Counted from the first letter of the whole stretch, positions 13,635 to 28,175 are shown. The stretch: DNA of 63,756 nt, filler included, from Octopus bimaculoides (GCF_001194135.2; 8 parts of 7 records of this genome joined end to end with filler, not necessarily neighbours in it), one strand, 5' to 3'. Notes: generated from the letters alone by a model not told the origin. Numbers and translations are program-made.

Positions 13635-14856
13635 NNNNNNNNNNNNNNNNNNNNNNNNNNNNNNNNNNNNNNNNNNNNNNNNNNNNNNNNNNNNNNNNNN
13701 NNNNNNNNNNNNNNNNNNNNNNNNNNNNNNNNNNNNNNNNNNNNNNNNNNNNNNNNNNNNNNNNNNNNNNNNNNNNNNNNNNNNNNNNNNNNNNNNNNNN
13801 NNNNNNNNNNNNNNNNNNNNNNNNNNNNNNNNNNNNNNNNNNNNNNNNNNNNNNNNNNNNNNNNNNNNNNNNNNNNNNNNNNNNNNNNNNNNNNNNNNNN
13901 NNNNNNNNNNNNNNNNNNNNNNNNNNNNNNNNNNNNNNNNNNNNNNNNNNNNNNNNNNNNNNNNNNNNNNNNNNNNNNNNNNNNNNNNNNNNNNNNNNNN
14001 NNNNNNNNNNNNNNNNNNNNNNNNNNNNNNNNNNNNNNNNNNNNNNNNNNNNNNNNNNNNNNNNNNNNNNNNNNNNNNNNNNNNNNNNNNNNNNNNNNNN
14101 NNNNNNNNNNNNNNNNNNNNNNNNNNNNNNNNNNNNNNNNNNNNNNNNNNNNNNNNNNNNNNNNNNNNNNNNNNNNNNGTGTGTTTGTGTGTGTGTAACT
14201 TATTTCTTTCTTTCTTTCTTTCTTTCTCCCTCTCTGTTTTCCATTCAAACGATCATTATATTCGAATATTCGGATGCAGTAATATATATTTATGTATTAA
14301 TGTGTCTCTTTGTGTAAATACGTGTTTGTGAATTAATATCTGCAGAACGAAATAATAAACATTACCAAAAATTACCATGAAAATTCTCAACGCGAAAATG
14401 TTATGTCCGAAATGTGATGTAAACTATAAAGCGATTAAATTGAAAAACTGGTTCTAAAGAACGAAAATATCCTGAATGCAATATCTATATAAAGTACAAA
14501 AGGTGAAGGGAAAGATAAATATTTTCAATGAAAATGTTCACTTACTTTTAGCAGAGTACACTCAAACGAAGGGAAAACTCTGAGAAGTTTTTGAAAAGCC
14601 AAAAAGTTGAATGAATCACTGAAAGAGCAGACGACATTGCGGAAGGAAGTATTGTTGCGTCATTTCAATGCCTTCAGTGATTGGAGGAGGCGAAACTGTT
14701 TCTTGCATACATACACACATACATACATACATATTTATATATACACATATATATATATATGTGTGTGTATGTGTGTGTGTATATGTGTGTGTGCACGTAT
14801 GTATGCATATGTATGTATGTATGAATGTGTGTATATATATATATATNNNNNNNNNN

Positions 14857-14891
<35 letters not shown>

Positions 14892-15351
14892 TAGATAGAT
14901 AGATAGATAGATAGATAGATCCAATCAAAATGATTGTCAAGCAACAATAATGGTAAGACAATGTTACACACCCACGCGCACGCTCGTACACACGCAAACA
15001 CACACACACACACACACACAAACTTCCAGTACTCATTCAACGACCATTGACAACCACCACCAACAACAACAACAATCACAGTATCATTAACAATCTCCAC
15101 CACCCTCGCCTCCTCTGTTAACAACAAACACCATTGACAATTACAAATACACCGCCGCTACCACCGCCACCGCCGCCGCCGCCGCCACCATGTCAACCTT
15201 GCTTTTCATTGTTTTTGCTTTATTTTTCCATTCTTTTCCGTCTTTGTTTTGTTTTCCGTGTTTGTTTGTTTGTGTGTGTGTGTGTGTTTGTGTGTGCATC
15301 TATGTGTGCGTGTGTGTGTGNNNNNNNNNNGTGTGTTTGTGTGTGCATCTA

Positions 15352-15395
<44 letters not shown>

Positions 15396-15938
15396 GAAAA
15401 ACCAGTATGTTTGTGTTTTCTTTTTTGTGTGTGGTTGTATGTTTATTTTCTGTGTATGTAAGTTGCGTGAGTGTGTGTGTGTGTTTTAATTGCCTCTGTG
15501 TGTGTTTGTGCATGTGTATATGTGTGTATTCGTTTTCTCTGTGTGTGTGTGTGTGTGTNNNNNNNNNNNNNNNNNNNNNNNNNNNNNNNNNNNNNNNNNN
15601 NNNNNNNNNNNNNNNNNNNNNNNNNNNNNNNNNNNNNNNNNNNNNNNNNNNNNNNNNNNNNNNNNNNNNNNNNNNNNNNNNNNNNNNNNNNNNNNNNNNN
15701 NNNNNNNNNNNNNNNNNNNNNNNNNNNNNNNNNNNNNNNNNNNNNNNNNNNNNNNNNNNNNNNNNNNNNNNNNNNNNNNNNNNNNNNNNNNNNNNNNNNN
15801 NNNNNNNNNNNNNNNNNNNNNNNNNNNNNNNNNNNNNNNNNNNNNNNNNNNNNNNNNNNNNNNNNNNNNNNNNNNNNNNNNNNNNNNNNNNNNNNNNNNN
15901 NNNNNNNNNNNNNNNNNNNNNNNNNNNNNNNNNNNNNN

Positions 15939-16006
<68 letters not shown>

Positions 16007-16494
16007 CTATCTCACTCTCTCTCTCTCTCACACACACACACATATACACATACACACACAAATACACATACACACACAAACGTAACCACTTTTAGGAAAA
16101 CTTTGTAGTCCCTCGACTTTGCAAGAAACAGCAGTCAAATATGCCTCAAATCACACCCTTTGTCTCGAATTTTTTTTTAAATGGACACTTAGATCATGTA
16201 ATCCTCGACATAGCTTCCATAAAAAGAAAGAACGGCCACAACTGGAATACTTCTAATTCTAAGTCTGCTCTTTCAAGTTTGAACAACTATAGCCCTATAC
16301 ACACACATGAACCACACACATGTGTATAGACGAACGTAAAACCTTTTTTATATATATATACACAATATCTTGGGGGACAGAAAAAGCATTGACCAACTGG
16401 ACTGGTTTCATCAGACTGTGTGTTCACGAAGGTACTACTTAAACTCGTAATCTACAAAGGGCTGGAGCTAACCCTGACCTAGAGAATACCTCTT

Positions 16495-16905
16495 CTAGGG
16501 ATCACGTCTCTTTATCCACACCCTTCCTGAAGCGACCTCTGCTACGTCCACAGCTAATTTGATAGCCTTCCTCCTTCTGGTCCCCATGACGCCCAAGATG
16601 TAGATTGTCAAGAGGGAGAGGATATCGAACTCTTGCACCGGGCCTCCACGGTATAATACCTTCCTTACCACCGATTGTTTTAGCTTAGCTCCACCAGTTC
16701 AGCATATTTCATTCTCTTGCTCTCATTTGTCTCCACAATGCGGACCCTCTGGCAAACGGTGAGTTCTAACGAAACCATTAGTTTGGATGCTTCCGAGGTC
16801 AGACACCTTAGTGTCTGGCCTCATTGATGTTCAAGCGACAGTTTCTGGAAACTTCAGGTATTAGCCTAGATCGAACACAAAGCTCCCAATCTTGTATCGT
16901 TGCCT
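16495..16905 (-). mobile_element. HERO-like non-LTR retrotransposon 3' fragment (restriction-like endonuclease), frameshifted
   Basis: Stitched translation DWELCV-DLG*YLKFPETVA*TSMRPD...SEASKLMVSLELTV...NESKRMKYAELVE...LGVMGTRRRKAIK...AEVASGRVWIKRRDP* matches the RPD / ELTVPW / K..KY / WLW pattern of HERO/NeSL-type RLEs. Confidence 0.8.
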
Positions 16906-17399
16906 ATACAAATCACAGACATACTTTTTTGATGCAGTAAATTGAAACGATGAGGCTTTCAAAGTTATGTATGTGCCTTGAGTTTCTAGAAAAAGGTGGG
17001 GATTAAGCCAGAGAAATGTGCAGCAATAGTTTCGTGCTTCGTGCAGGACACCTTTAGATATAGAAATATTTGCCACCGTTCGTTCAAACTGGATAAAACT
17101 CAACGTCAGGTGTTAATGAATTTAATCAGAAATGGTAACAAACTTCGTACGTTAAATTCCTGAATTCTTAATTTCACAATGAAGTCTTCATTTTTCTTAT
17201 CAATTAATTCGCTGTTTTCTTTTGTCTCGTTTTTGTTGTTGTTGTTTTTTTCGTCTTTTTTTCTTTGTTATTGTTTTTCTCTTTCCCATTCACATGCCAT
17301 CTCCTCCCCCCCCCTCATCTGTGAGACAGAATGAACTTGGTAGAAAAACATTATACGCACACAGACGCACACACCGACACACACACACACACACACTCA

Positions 17400-17619
17400 C
17401 ACACATCCGGACGCGCGCGTATTTATATATGTATGTGTGTATATATACACATACATGTGTCTATATATATATATATGCACACACACACACACAAACATAT
17501 ATACATACATACGTACACACATACATATATATATATATATGTCTATACATAACATATATATATACATATATATATATACAAACATACATATTCATATATA
17601 TATATACATATACATATAC

Positions 17620-17650
<31 letters not shown>

Positions 17651-17660
17651 CATATATATA

Positions 17661-17696
<36 letters not shown>

Positions 17697-17703
17697 CATA
17701 TAC

Positions 17704-17736
<33 letters not shown>

Positions 17737-17912
17737 TATNNNNNNNNNNNNNNNNNNNNNNNNNNNNNNNNNNNNNNNNNNNNNNNNNNNNNNNNNNNNN
17801 NNNNNNNNNNNNNNNNNNNNNNNNNNNNNNNNNNNNNNNNNNNNNNNNNNNNNNNNNNNNNNNNNNNNNNNNNNNNNNNNNNNNNNNNNNNNNNNNNNNN
17901 NNNNNNNNATAC

Positions 17913-17955
<43 letters not shown>

Positions 17956-17990
17956 TACACATACATACACACACCTATACACTCTCCTAC
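17400..17990. repeat. Long (TA)n/(CATA)n low-complexity tract with gap
   Basis: Read directly; explains the YIYI ORFs here. Confidence 0.95.
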
Positions 17991-18819
17991 ACACTAATTC
18001 AAATTTGCAAGTTAATTAGCTCTCAGCTTGTCAGTTGGTTATTTATTGTGCTAATGTTGTTGTTATTGCTGCAGCTGTTGTTGTTGTTATTGTTGTTTTT
18101 GCTATTGTTGTTCTAGTCATTGTTACTGTTGTTGCTGTTGTTGTATTTACTTGATGGATCTCCGTCGGTTTCGACGCTGAGTACCCCACCTGCTCAATCC
18201 ACTGAGACGCCTATTGGTTAAATTATCGTATAAGTGCCCGTGTACACCACAGACACGTATACCCCTAACGTAATCCTCCATCCCAACCAATGTGACGCAG
18301 CCTATGGCAAAGATGACCGATTAAATCACTGGTACAATCCATTTTGTTTCACAGAGCCATGTGGTTGAGTATCTCACAGAGGCGTGCACCTTTAACAGGG
18401 ACAATATCAGCGTGGCAAGCTTTGGTCTTGTGAATTACTGTAAAATCCATCCGAAAGGCTTCCATACAGTTTCTATTTATCCACTTTCACTCCTAAAGAT
18501 TGAATCAACCATTGATTATGATAAAAGATACTGGCCCAAGATGCTACGTTCTGTGAACTAAGTCGGTGCCTCGTGATTGCAAAATGAACGTCTTAAAATC
18601 TTGGCCATGACAATAGGTGAGAGCAAGGTACGCTCAGAATAGAAGACTCATAGAAGACTCATAGAAGACTCATAGTAATGCTCAGATGAGTTTGAAACTA
18701 AAACTCCGAATTTTTCATCCAGGGCAAGGCTCACGACGTCAAGAGTGGCCAAGAGAGAAATCCCAAATGGGATGATATGGAGTTATATGCAGTGATACGG
18801 ATAAACACAATTAGGTTAG

Positions 18820-18858
<39 letters not shown>

Positions 18859-18897
18859 TACGTATACATATATATGTATGTATGCAGGGATAGATAA

Positions 18898-18946
<49 letters not shown>

Positions 18947-19329
18947 AAGACAATTCACCTGACCCCAATGTTGCTAAAAGAATGGATTCGTCTAAAGACA
19001 TCAACTTAAACACCAAATTGTTGTGTTAAACCAAGCAAAGAGTTAAATATGTCTACGTATACAAGCAAGCGCATACATACATACATACATACATACACAC
19101 ACTTACGCGTTCGCGCGCGCGCACACACACACACATCCGTGCACTCACACACAAAAACGATATTCTTAGTCTGATATGTTAAATATCGTCTTTAGCGAAC
19201 ACAATACGATTGTCTCTCTACCTTTTGGTGTCGAATACACTTTCACCTTCTCATTTACATGCACGTGTTTGCATATACGCACAGACATCCACATGCATAT
19301 GCACAGATACACATACACTTGCAAACATG

Positions 19330-19377
<48 letters not shown>

Positions 19378-19478
19378 GATATACATACATATGTGCATGT
19401 GTGTATATATCTGTATGTGTATAGCAACATTTGCACACGTGCGCGTAAAGGAGAAACTGGTAAAGATAGATAGATAGC

Positions 19479-19513
<35 letters not shown>

Positions 19514-21104
19514 TCAGTCAGACAGACAGACAGACAGATAGATTATGTATGTTTGTATTTAGTAGCAGGGAGGACAAATAGTGATGCCGTGAAATCTCAT
19601 GTAGACCTCTTATGTATGTGTGTGAGAGAGAATGAGGGAGAGAGAGAGGGAAAAGAAAGAGAGAAAGAGTATTGAGACCATGGTGCTGCAGCTTTCCTAA
19701 CTTGTTTGCCTTCTTTCTAACTGCATCGTTGCCCCATAATTGTAAATTCTTTGCCTCTATTTATGTAAACAGATTATCTCAAGGGTATTTCTTCCATGTT
19801 TCAATCCTACCGTTTCAACCCAGTTGTTTGTTATATCCAGAAACTACGTGGTTTTATAGCCATGTGATCATTAGTAATATCTAATTTTTGTGACTAATTA
19901 ACAGAATCGTTAGTGTTGGATAGAAATAAGGCCTCGCCAAATTTGTATCGTCTCATTGAGTTGAAATGCTGCCGCAATCAACTTCACTTTTTATCCTTTT
20001 CGGACTCAAGAAAAAAAAACATTGTCCCAGCTCAACAATTGTTAGGGATACAAGCGAGATGTCTTTTGCCTTCTGTTCTGACTCGGTATTTTGAGGTCAA
20101 ATCCTCATGTCATTGTACAATGATGACATTTCTGTCAGAAGTTGCGGCCAACAGATGATATCAGTAGTTTGGGGAAATACAACGGAAACATAATTACTTT
20201 GGTTTGATCGGGAAAGCGATCAACTGCCTCTAACACCAACACCACCACCGCCGCCACCATCACCACCATCATTACCACCGCCACCACTATCTTCACTACC
20301 AAGACTGCCATTACCACCACCGGATGTGATAGTATAGAAAATAGAGATGATAATGATAATAAAACTATTATGCAAAATTACCTTGTTTGATTGAAATATT
20401 GACCTTTCTTGTTTTTTTCTTTTTTGAGATGCGTTTGTAAACCACCATTCGCTGAGGATCACTGAATTACATAAGACTGAGAATCACTGAAGACAATATA
20501 TACAACACAACCAGATAAACTAAACAAGGAACCAGACGGTAATACAAGCAGACGATAATACAAGCAGACGACAACACCAGCAGATGACCATTAGATGATA
20601 AAACTAGCAGACGATAATACAACCGAGCAATGATAACATCAGACAGAAATACAATAAGACGATGAATTTGTTTGATTCTCAACAGACAGAAAAATATTTT
20701 CAAAAGAATTGACATAACGATGTCATTTAACCCAAGACATTCGCTTTTTTAAAACAATTTTTTCTCCCTATTTGGCATTTGAACAAGTCAACAAGCCATT
20801 GTTATTTCTAGTTCTGTTATTTACTGATTTCAAGTTTGATCGATATTATTGATATATAATTTTTTCTGAAAACAGTTTTGACAGACAGAGACAGGTCGAT
20901 GGTTTGAAAACGAAATAGCAATTCGTGAAAACAAGTACATTATTCATAGGTGTTGTTGATTAATATTATTATTAAATCCCACATAGATCAACTTTGCCTC
21001 TGTGTGTGTGTAAGTGTGTGTGTGTATGTGTGTGTGTGCGTGCATATATGTATGCATGTGTTTCTGTGTGTTTGTATATGTATATATATATACATACATA
21101 CATA

Positions 21105-21135
<31 letters not shown>

Positions 21136-21347
21136 NNNNNNNNNNNNNNNNNNNNNNNNNNNNNNNNNNNNNNNNNNNNNNNNNNNNNNNNNNNNNNNNN
21201 NNNNNNNNNNNNNNNNNNNNNNNNNNNNNNNNNNNNNNNNNNNNNNNNNNNNNNNNNNNNNNNNNATATATATGTATGTATGTATGATAACCTTGCTGGC
21301 CGAAACTTCAAAGTCACTAAAAATAATATTCTTGTTTATGAATATTA

Positions 21348-21526
21348 AATTTGTACTCTACAAAAGCATAGAATAACCCATCAGATTAATGTGCAATTGT
21401 TTTTATTAGAACTGAATATATATTAGGTAAACTGTGCTACTCCACACGTATCCAGATTGTCTTTCACTTTTAATACCTTTAATTGGTTGCGAGGTGATGA
21501 GGTTGTGAGGCTGGTAACAAAATTGT
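21348..21526 (+). repeat. 179-bp direct duplication, copy 1 (copy 2 at 24074-24252)
   Basis: One mismatch seen between copies (GAGGCTGG vs GAGGTTGG). Confidence 0.95.
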
Positions 21527-23434
21527 TCTTCCGGTCCATTACTTTCTCAGTTCAAAATTGTCCCGGGATCAACTTTGCCTTTCATCCTCTGGAGTCGATA
21601 AAATGAAGCATCAATTAAGTCCTGGGATGAATGGCATCGACTAACCACCCCCACCTCCTCTCGAAATGGTTGTTCTTGTGCCAAATTTGAAACCTTTATC
21701 ATTATTCCGGGCAATCCTTCGGTATTAGTGGACGACATCATTCACACACAACTTTCCCTCATGATATTAATGTTTCGGGTTCTGCTTTTAATTGGGTTGT
21801 TTTAAAACCAGATTTCTCTGTTAATTATGTAGGAGTGAAGCAGTTGTGCAACAGTGTCTGGGGTACATTGTGAGAACTTGAGTACGGGGTGATGTCATCT
21901 GTGTACCAGGTGTTCTATACGCTTTGTGGGGGTGTAAGAAGGACTTAAAGTAGATTAATAAACGTGCGGAGACGACAAATGTTTGTCGTTTCCCCCATTC
22001 CAGAAATTACAAGTTTTAGAAGTGTTTTGTGCAGTACTTAGGCTTGGCAACCTATCTGTTATTTTCTCCAGTCAATGTTATTGTTTAGGTCCTAGGATGG
22101 GTGGAGGTAATCGGTTGTTGTTGTTGTCAATGTTAATAGTATTCTTGTTTAAGAATAAACACACGCACGCGCAGTGGGAATGAAACCGAAATCATGGGGC
22201 TGGGAAGCTTAGCCAATAGGACATCCCTCTCATTAGCTGTCAATTAGACATCACACTGGTTTCGATACCTTGGTATTATGACTCCCTTCAGTCGTTTCAA
22301 CCAGCGTTGATGCTCTCAGATAATACTTGGCTCCCTCCTTCGTCATCACACCAAACTAAGTATAACTGGAACCACTCCAAACCAATTCCAACTACTTCAC
22401 CCAAATACTACGCGAGGGTTTGTTCTATGTCGTCAATTTTAGCCTTCTCAAATTCGTCAGCCAATTTCATGATGAAACATCTTTTTTTCTCTTCATTTCA
22501 TGAGTCATCTCTCTCTGTTGTTCTTCCTTAAGTCCAATGTCAGCAAAGTTGGGCAAATATTTGAACGCCGTAATGGTGTCGAAACACCTACAGCCGTACT
22601 TATGTCTGTGAAGAGGAGTATTTGTACATTGGGGGGGGGGCTTTGTGGATTGTGTGCGTGCTTGTATGTGTGTGTGTGTGTAAATTTGAGTGTGTGCGAT
22701 TGCTTGAATTTGTAAGTAAATAGAAGATATGTATAAAGAGGGGGGGAGGATAAGAGGAAAGGAAGAAGTGATGAAAAGGAAGGAGGCAAGAAAAAGAAAA
22801 CGATAAAAAGGAAGAAGAGACTGAGAGAGAGAAGGGGAGTGAGAATAGAGAAACGAAGAAAGAGAGAGAGAGAAGAGAAAGGGAGAGAAAGTAAGAGGAA
22901 GAGAGAGAGGGGGAGAGAAAGAGGATGAGAACGAGAGTAGGGAGAGTGAGAGAGTGAGAGGAAGAGAAAGACTGAAAGGGAGAGAAGGCAAGTGAGAAAG
23001 AGAGTGAATGTCAGAATGTCAAATAGTGGTGGATCAAGTGTGTGTGTGTGTGTGTGGTTTAGATTAATATAAGTAAAATATCGTCTGAAAAGAAACAAAA
23101 ATGGAGACCTTTAATGAAGAAAGGAAATAAAATATAATAAAAGAGATCAAAAGCAGACGATACCAAAATGTCGTCGCTATGGTTTCACCTTTTTGTTTTT
23201 AGTTTTGTGTCACTTTTTATTCTAATGAAATATTATTTTTGTCTGATGAATCATAAAGTGTCAGTTGGTGTTGATAATAATTATTGTTGACCAGCAGACC
23301 ATAACTGGACATTGCAGCTATCATTGGGCGGTCTTAATACACAATACTGACCACTACTAACACATAACTTAACACAAAACGCATTCTGGTCAACGGAACA
23401 TTAACAGAAAAGGGTAAAGTGGGCAGCAGGGGAG

Positions 23435-23468
<34 letters not shown>

Positions 23469-23689
23469 CGTCGTCGTCGTCGTCGTCGTGGCGGTGACGA
23501 TGTTACTGTTGCTGCTGCTGCTGTTTTTGTTGTACTGAAGTCGATGCTATCAATAGTCCCCATCCCCTCAAAATTGCTACCCTTCAGTCTAAACCAGAAG
23601 GACTGTTAAGTACTAGAAAAAAGGAACAGGGTAGATCCATTCAATCGATTTCCTGTAACATCTCCCGCCTCATTTTTGATAGCTATACC

Positions 23690-23990
23690 TGTGTGGCCGA
23701 ATAGTTAAGAAGTTCACTTCGGAACCACGAGGTCCCGAGCTCTATCCCACAGTCTGGTATTGTTAGCAAATCCATTTTCTATAAGCTTCAGTTACATATA
23801 TATGTGTTTGTGCGTGCGCGTGTGTGTGTATGTTTGCCTGTATGGACAGGCTTCCATACAGTTTCTGTTTCCCGAATCTACTGACAAGGCATTAGTCGGT
23901 CAGGGGCTACAGTAGAAGACACTTGCCCAGTGTACCGCCGCGCAGTGGGACTGAACTAGAAACCACATAGTTGCAAAACAAAGCTTCTTA
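23690..23990 (-). mobile_element. Family C SINE head/body fragments
   Basis: Reverse complements of GAAACTGTATGGAAGCC, GGGCAAGTGTCTTCTACT and GGTTCTAGTTCAGTCCCACTGCG. Confidence 0.65.
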
Positions 23991-24073
23991 ATTTAACTGG
24001 GAAACGGAAACGGTAAGAAGCCCATCTGGTAGATTGTACATGTAATTCAAAGATATCGCCTTGTCACACTGAG

Positions 24074-24252
24074 AATTTGTACTCTACAAAAGCATAGAAT
24101 AACCCATCAGATTAATGTGCAATTGTTTTTATTAGAACTGAATATATATTAGGTAAACTGTGCTACTCCACACGTATCCAGATTGTCTTTCACTTTTAAT
24201 ACCTTTAATTGGTTGCGAGGTGATGAGGTTGTGAGGTTGGTAACAAAATTGT
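24074..24252 (+). repeat. 179-bp direct duplication, copy 2
   Basis: Near-identical to 21348-21526. Confidence 0.95.
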
Positions 24253-25063
24253 GGTATTCAGTCACTTCCACTATAATAATCGATATACAATCAAGCGATG
24301 GCTTTTGAATGTTTTTTTGTTGTTGTGTATCATTGTTGTTTAGGCCAATATAATGTCTTGCAGCAATGGTATTGTCGAGGTAGACTTTAACATAGAAAAC
24401 CAAAATGTCTGAAAGACACCGTCACAAAAACAATTACAAGAATTGATGCAGGTCCGTGGAGGAATAAGTCACAATATTATCGGTTGTTGATAGCGGAACT
24501 GGCCATATTTTGTTGACGAGAACAGCTGAACTTAATCGGGTTCCGCTAAAACGTGTAATGACATTTATGATTGATCGACAAATGAAAAGAAATTAAATTT
24601 AAACCGTTTTTAGTAACATGGGAACTGACATTTAGATTAATAACTGGAGTATATCCAGACATGTTTTTATTTATTTTTACACTTGGAAACATAAATGCAG
24701 TTTCTATGATACATTTTAGTTGTGAAAGCACTTATGCAAGATGCCTCATTATGGAAAGTACTATTGTGTGCAACTCCCATCCGAAGACAAGACATACGTT
24801 TATCAATATTGGATACTAGATTTCTTAAGATTATACGATGGTATTTCGAATCCTTACCCTTTTTTTTTTAATCTTCCGAACAGAACGATAGATATATCGT
24901 CAGCCAATAATATTACTTTGTAACATTCTGCCAATCAACCAGTGTGTGCCATGCAATTCAAAATGTTTAGTGTACTTTATGTTCTATTTTTCATAATCGT
25001 CCGAAGATCAGCAACGAAAAACTCACACGAGCGAATTGAGAAGTTTCGGCTTCCAATAAATTA

Positions 25064-25118
<55 letters not shown>
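25064..25118. repeat. (TAG)n microsatellite
   Basis: Perfect run directly 5' of a SINE. Confidence 0.95.
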
Positions 25119-25258
25119 TAAGGTGGATTACAGGATCCTCTGGGCGCCGATAACATGATTAGCAGCATTTCATTACGTTCTGAGTTGAAATTCCACCGTG
25201 GTCGACATCCCTTTGGGGTCGATAAAATAAGTACCAATTGAACACTGCGATTGATATA
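25119..25258 (+). mobile_element. SINE, family B here (B-box GAGTTGAAATTCC; core GGGGTCGATAAAATAAGTACC, Deu/Nin-domain-like), diverged
   Basis: Same core at 28040-28110, 28800-28860, 34620-34730, 52980-53060 and 57535-57630; the domain assignment is from memory of published SINE domains. Confidence 0.7.
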
Positions 25259-25848
25259 GAACAGCAGAAAGTAAAAGGAGAAGTGGTCCCTAGAAATTTT
25301 TTCAAGTAAAAAATGGTCCCTTGCCTGAAAAAGGTTGGGAACCACTGCTCTAGACTCTAGACTAGAGTCAATAAAATACGGTACCAGTCATTTACTGGTG
25401 ACAAGATAGCCAACTGCATCCCCCTCCTCCAAACAAATGATTTAATTTTAGGAAAGTTGAATATTCTTGATCAAATCCTCTGAAATGATTCACATTCTTA
25501 TCCTCCTCCAGGGTCCTCTGGATAAAGATAAAAGGGTCAAGTCCATTGACTCTTATTTCCACACCAAACCCAGAAATGACTGTAAGAATTTGTTTTAATT
25601 AAGATTGGGAGTGAGCTGAGCCGATGGTATGGGTTCGATTCCTAGTCGGACAGCCATCCACTTAGTTCGTTTTATTATTATTTGGGAAAGGCATGACGAT
25701 CACAACATATCACCTCCTCTATGTCACAACAAAGTATAAGCTTTTTGAGTCTTATCAAAGGGACAAGAAAGGAAACTGATAAATTGAATTTTAAAAAAAC
25801 AGCATAAAAGGTGGGTGCTTAGTGAAATAGAGACATAGATAGATACAT

Positions 25849-25891
<43 letters not shown>

Positions 25892-25985
25892 CAGACAGAT
25901 ACAGAGAGACAAATAGATAGACAGAAAGACAGAGAGAGAGAGACAGACTGATAGATAGATAGAGAGAGAGAGAGAGGGGGAGAGG

Positions 25986-26017
<32 letters not shown>

Positions 26018-26117
26018 AAGACAGAGAGAGACAGACAGACAAATAGATAGACGGAAAGACAGAGAAATAGACAGACTGATAGATAGATCGATAGATAGAT
26101 AGAACGATAGATAGATC

Positions 26118-26171
<54 letters not shown>

Positions 26172-27075
26172 CACAAGATGTGCACTGAAATCAAAAACTG
26201 AAAAGAGAAAGTTTTGACAAACTTACATCTAAGTGTGAAATATTTGCCTTCATTGAATAAACCAGAGACAGTTGTTATNNNNNNNNNNNNNNNNNNNNNN
26301 NNNNNNNNNNNNNNNNNNNNNNTTAATTAATTAANNNNNNNNNNNNNNNNNNNNNNNNNNNNNNNNNNNNNNNNNNNNTATATATATGTATGTGTGTGTG
26401 TGTGTGTGTGTGTGTATCTTTGTGTGTATTTATGTATGTATGTATGTATGTATTATGTATGCATGTATTTGCATGTGTGTGTATGTTTGATGTGTGAGGG
26501 AAAGTACGTTTAGAAAACCGGTAATAAAGGAATAAATGTAAACAGAAAGAGATAGAGGGGCTAAGAAGGAGAGAGAGAAAGAGAAATTTGATTTGGGGAT
26601 ATATTTACACTGAAAGTTAAATAACGAAAGATTAAGTAAAAAATGAAAAAAAGGTAAAAATTAAAATGTGCGTGGGGTGGGTAAACTGAGAATTGATCTA
26701 GAGAGAAGGAAGGAGGAGGCCAGATCGCAATCTAGTAAACCTGTCTGTCGTTATTGTAGACAAGTTCATCTGTCAAGTTTAAAGAAGCGAGGCTGAAATA
26801 ATAAACTTTTAAAATTCAACTTTGTTCCTTCGAACCTGCCGTAACATCCGATGTATTTCATATCAAGTCACTGGGATAAGTATAACGTGGAAGGTCTAGT
26901 TTGAAAGATTTTATGCAGTTATGGATAATTTCTTTTGCTTATTTCATTCGCTGGACTACGTCCATGCTGGGGCACCGCTTTAAAGGGCTTCGCCAACTGG
27001 TTCTCAACCGAGGGCTGTATGACGATTGCGGATCCATATAATATTTCGTTGTGAAAATTTATCTCCAATATGATA

Positions 27076-27297
27076 CAGGGTGTTCAAAAAGTCTCCGCGG
27101 AGTAAATATTTCATTGCAAAATATTTATAAGATGGTCTAAGACTACAAAAGAAGATATTAGACTTTACAAAGCTTTATGAGAGGTGTTGAAAGTGTCGTA
27201 CTTCATTTTCAATGCAAAAAATTTAATTTCTCTTTTTTACTTCTGTGTGAGCACTTCCTAGGCTGAGACTTACTGCAGAGACTCTTTGAACACCCTG
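27076..27297. mobile_element. Tc1/mariner-type MITE, 222 bp
   Basis: TA|CAGGGTGTTCAAAAAGTCTC ... GAGACTCTTTGAACACCCTG|TA; internal remnant CIENEVRHFQHLS* on the minus strand resembles a transposase C-terminus. Confidence 0.85.
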
Positions 27298-27989
27298 TAG
27301 AAGACACAGAAAGAAGGTGCTACACGACAGGACTGATCTCGTAACCGCACGCTTGCCAAGCAAGCTTCTAAACCACACAACAATGCCTGTGCCTACCACA
27401 CATCCACACTTGAGATTGTTTGAAAAATATTTTTTTCTTGAAGAATTTCACTCGAATGGTATTATTCTATACAGAATAACAATTCATGTGGTTCACGCAG
27501 AATAGTGAAATCAATGGAAGAACGTTTCTATTTTTAATACGTGATGAAAGGTTCAAACGTGAATATCCGATTGCTATTATTTTTCGTCATCGGAGAACAC
27601 CACCTTCATGTAGATGATGATGTATGTGTGTGTTCATGAAACACATGATTCACAGGTGTCAGGGAACTTTGAGACACCTTGGTGTTTCAATCTCGTTGTG
27701 TGTTTCCTCAGTCAAAGTTACCTCACTAATCCGATGAATTTCTTGAAAGTACGAACTTTTGCTTATAAAAATCAGCAGAACAAATTATTTACTGCGGAAC
27801 TGACAGTATACTATGAGCTTTACGCAGAGTATCAAGAATCCAAACAACAACGTATCTACTCAATCTTAATATGTTCTGGCAAATTAGTCGGTGAGTTGGC
27901 AGAGGTACTAGAGTGTCAAGTAGAATACTTTGTGATAATGTTCCGGTTCTCCGCACTTTGAATTCAAATCACACCGGAGTTAACTTATC

Positions 27990-28175
27990 CTTAAGGCAGC
28001 GACTTGGCATTTTGTCCGTCTTTATGTTGAGTACAAGTACTGCCGAGGTCGACTTTGCTTTTCATCCTTTCGGGGTCGATAAAGTAAGTACCATTTGAGC
28101 ACTGGTCGATGTAATCTACTTACTCCTCTCCCACAATTGCCGGCCTTGTGCCAAAATTTGAAATTAATATGTTAT
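27990..28175 (+). mobile_element. Family B SINE, internally deleted
   Basis: GCCGAGGTCGACTTTGCTTTTCATCCTTTCGGGGTCGATAAAGTAAGTACC. Confidence 0.8.

Noticed and set aside
16385-16420. CTGATGA...hairpin in the HERO 3' region (minus) and TTGAAGAC...GTCGAAT at 56151-56190 as hammerheads
   Set aside because: GAAA and/or stems I and III are missing; too weak without a family consensus.
16787-16823. Hairpin GAGGTCAGACAC/GTGTCTGGCCTC as a hammerhead stem II
   Set aside because: It lies inside the HERO RPD coding motif, and the flanking core nucleotides are absent.
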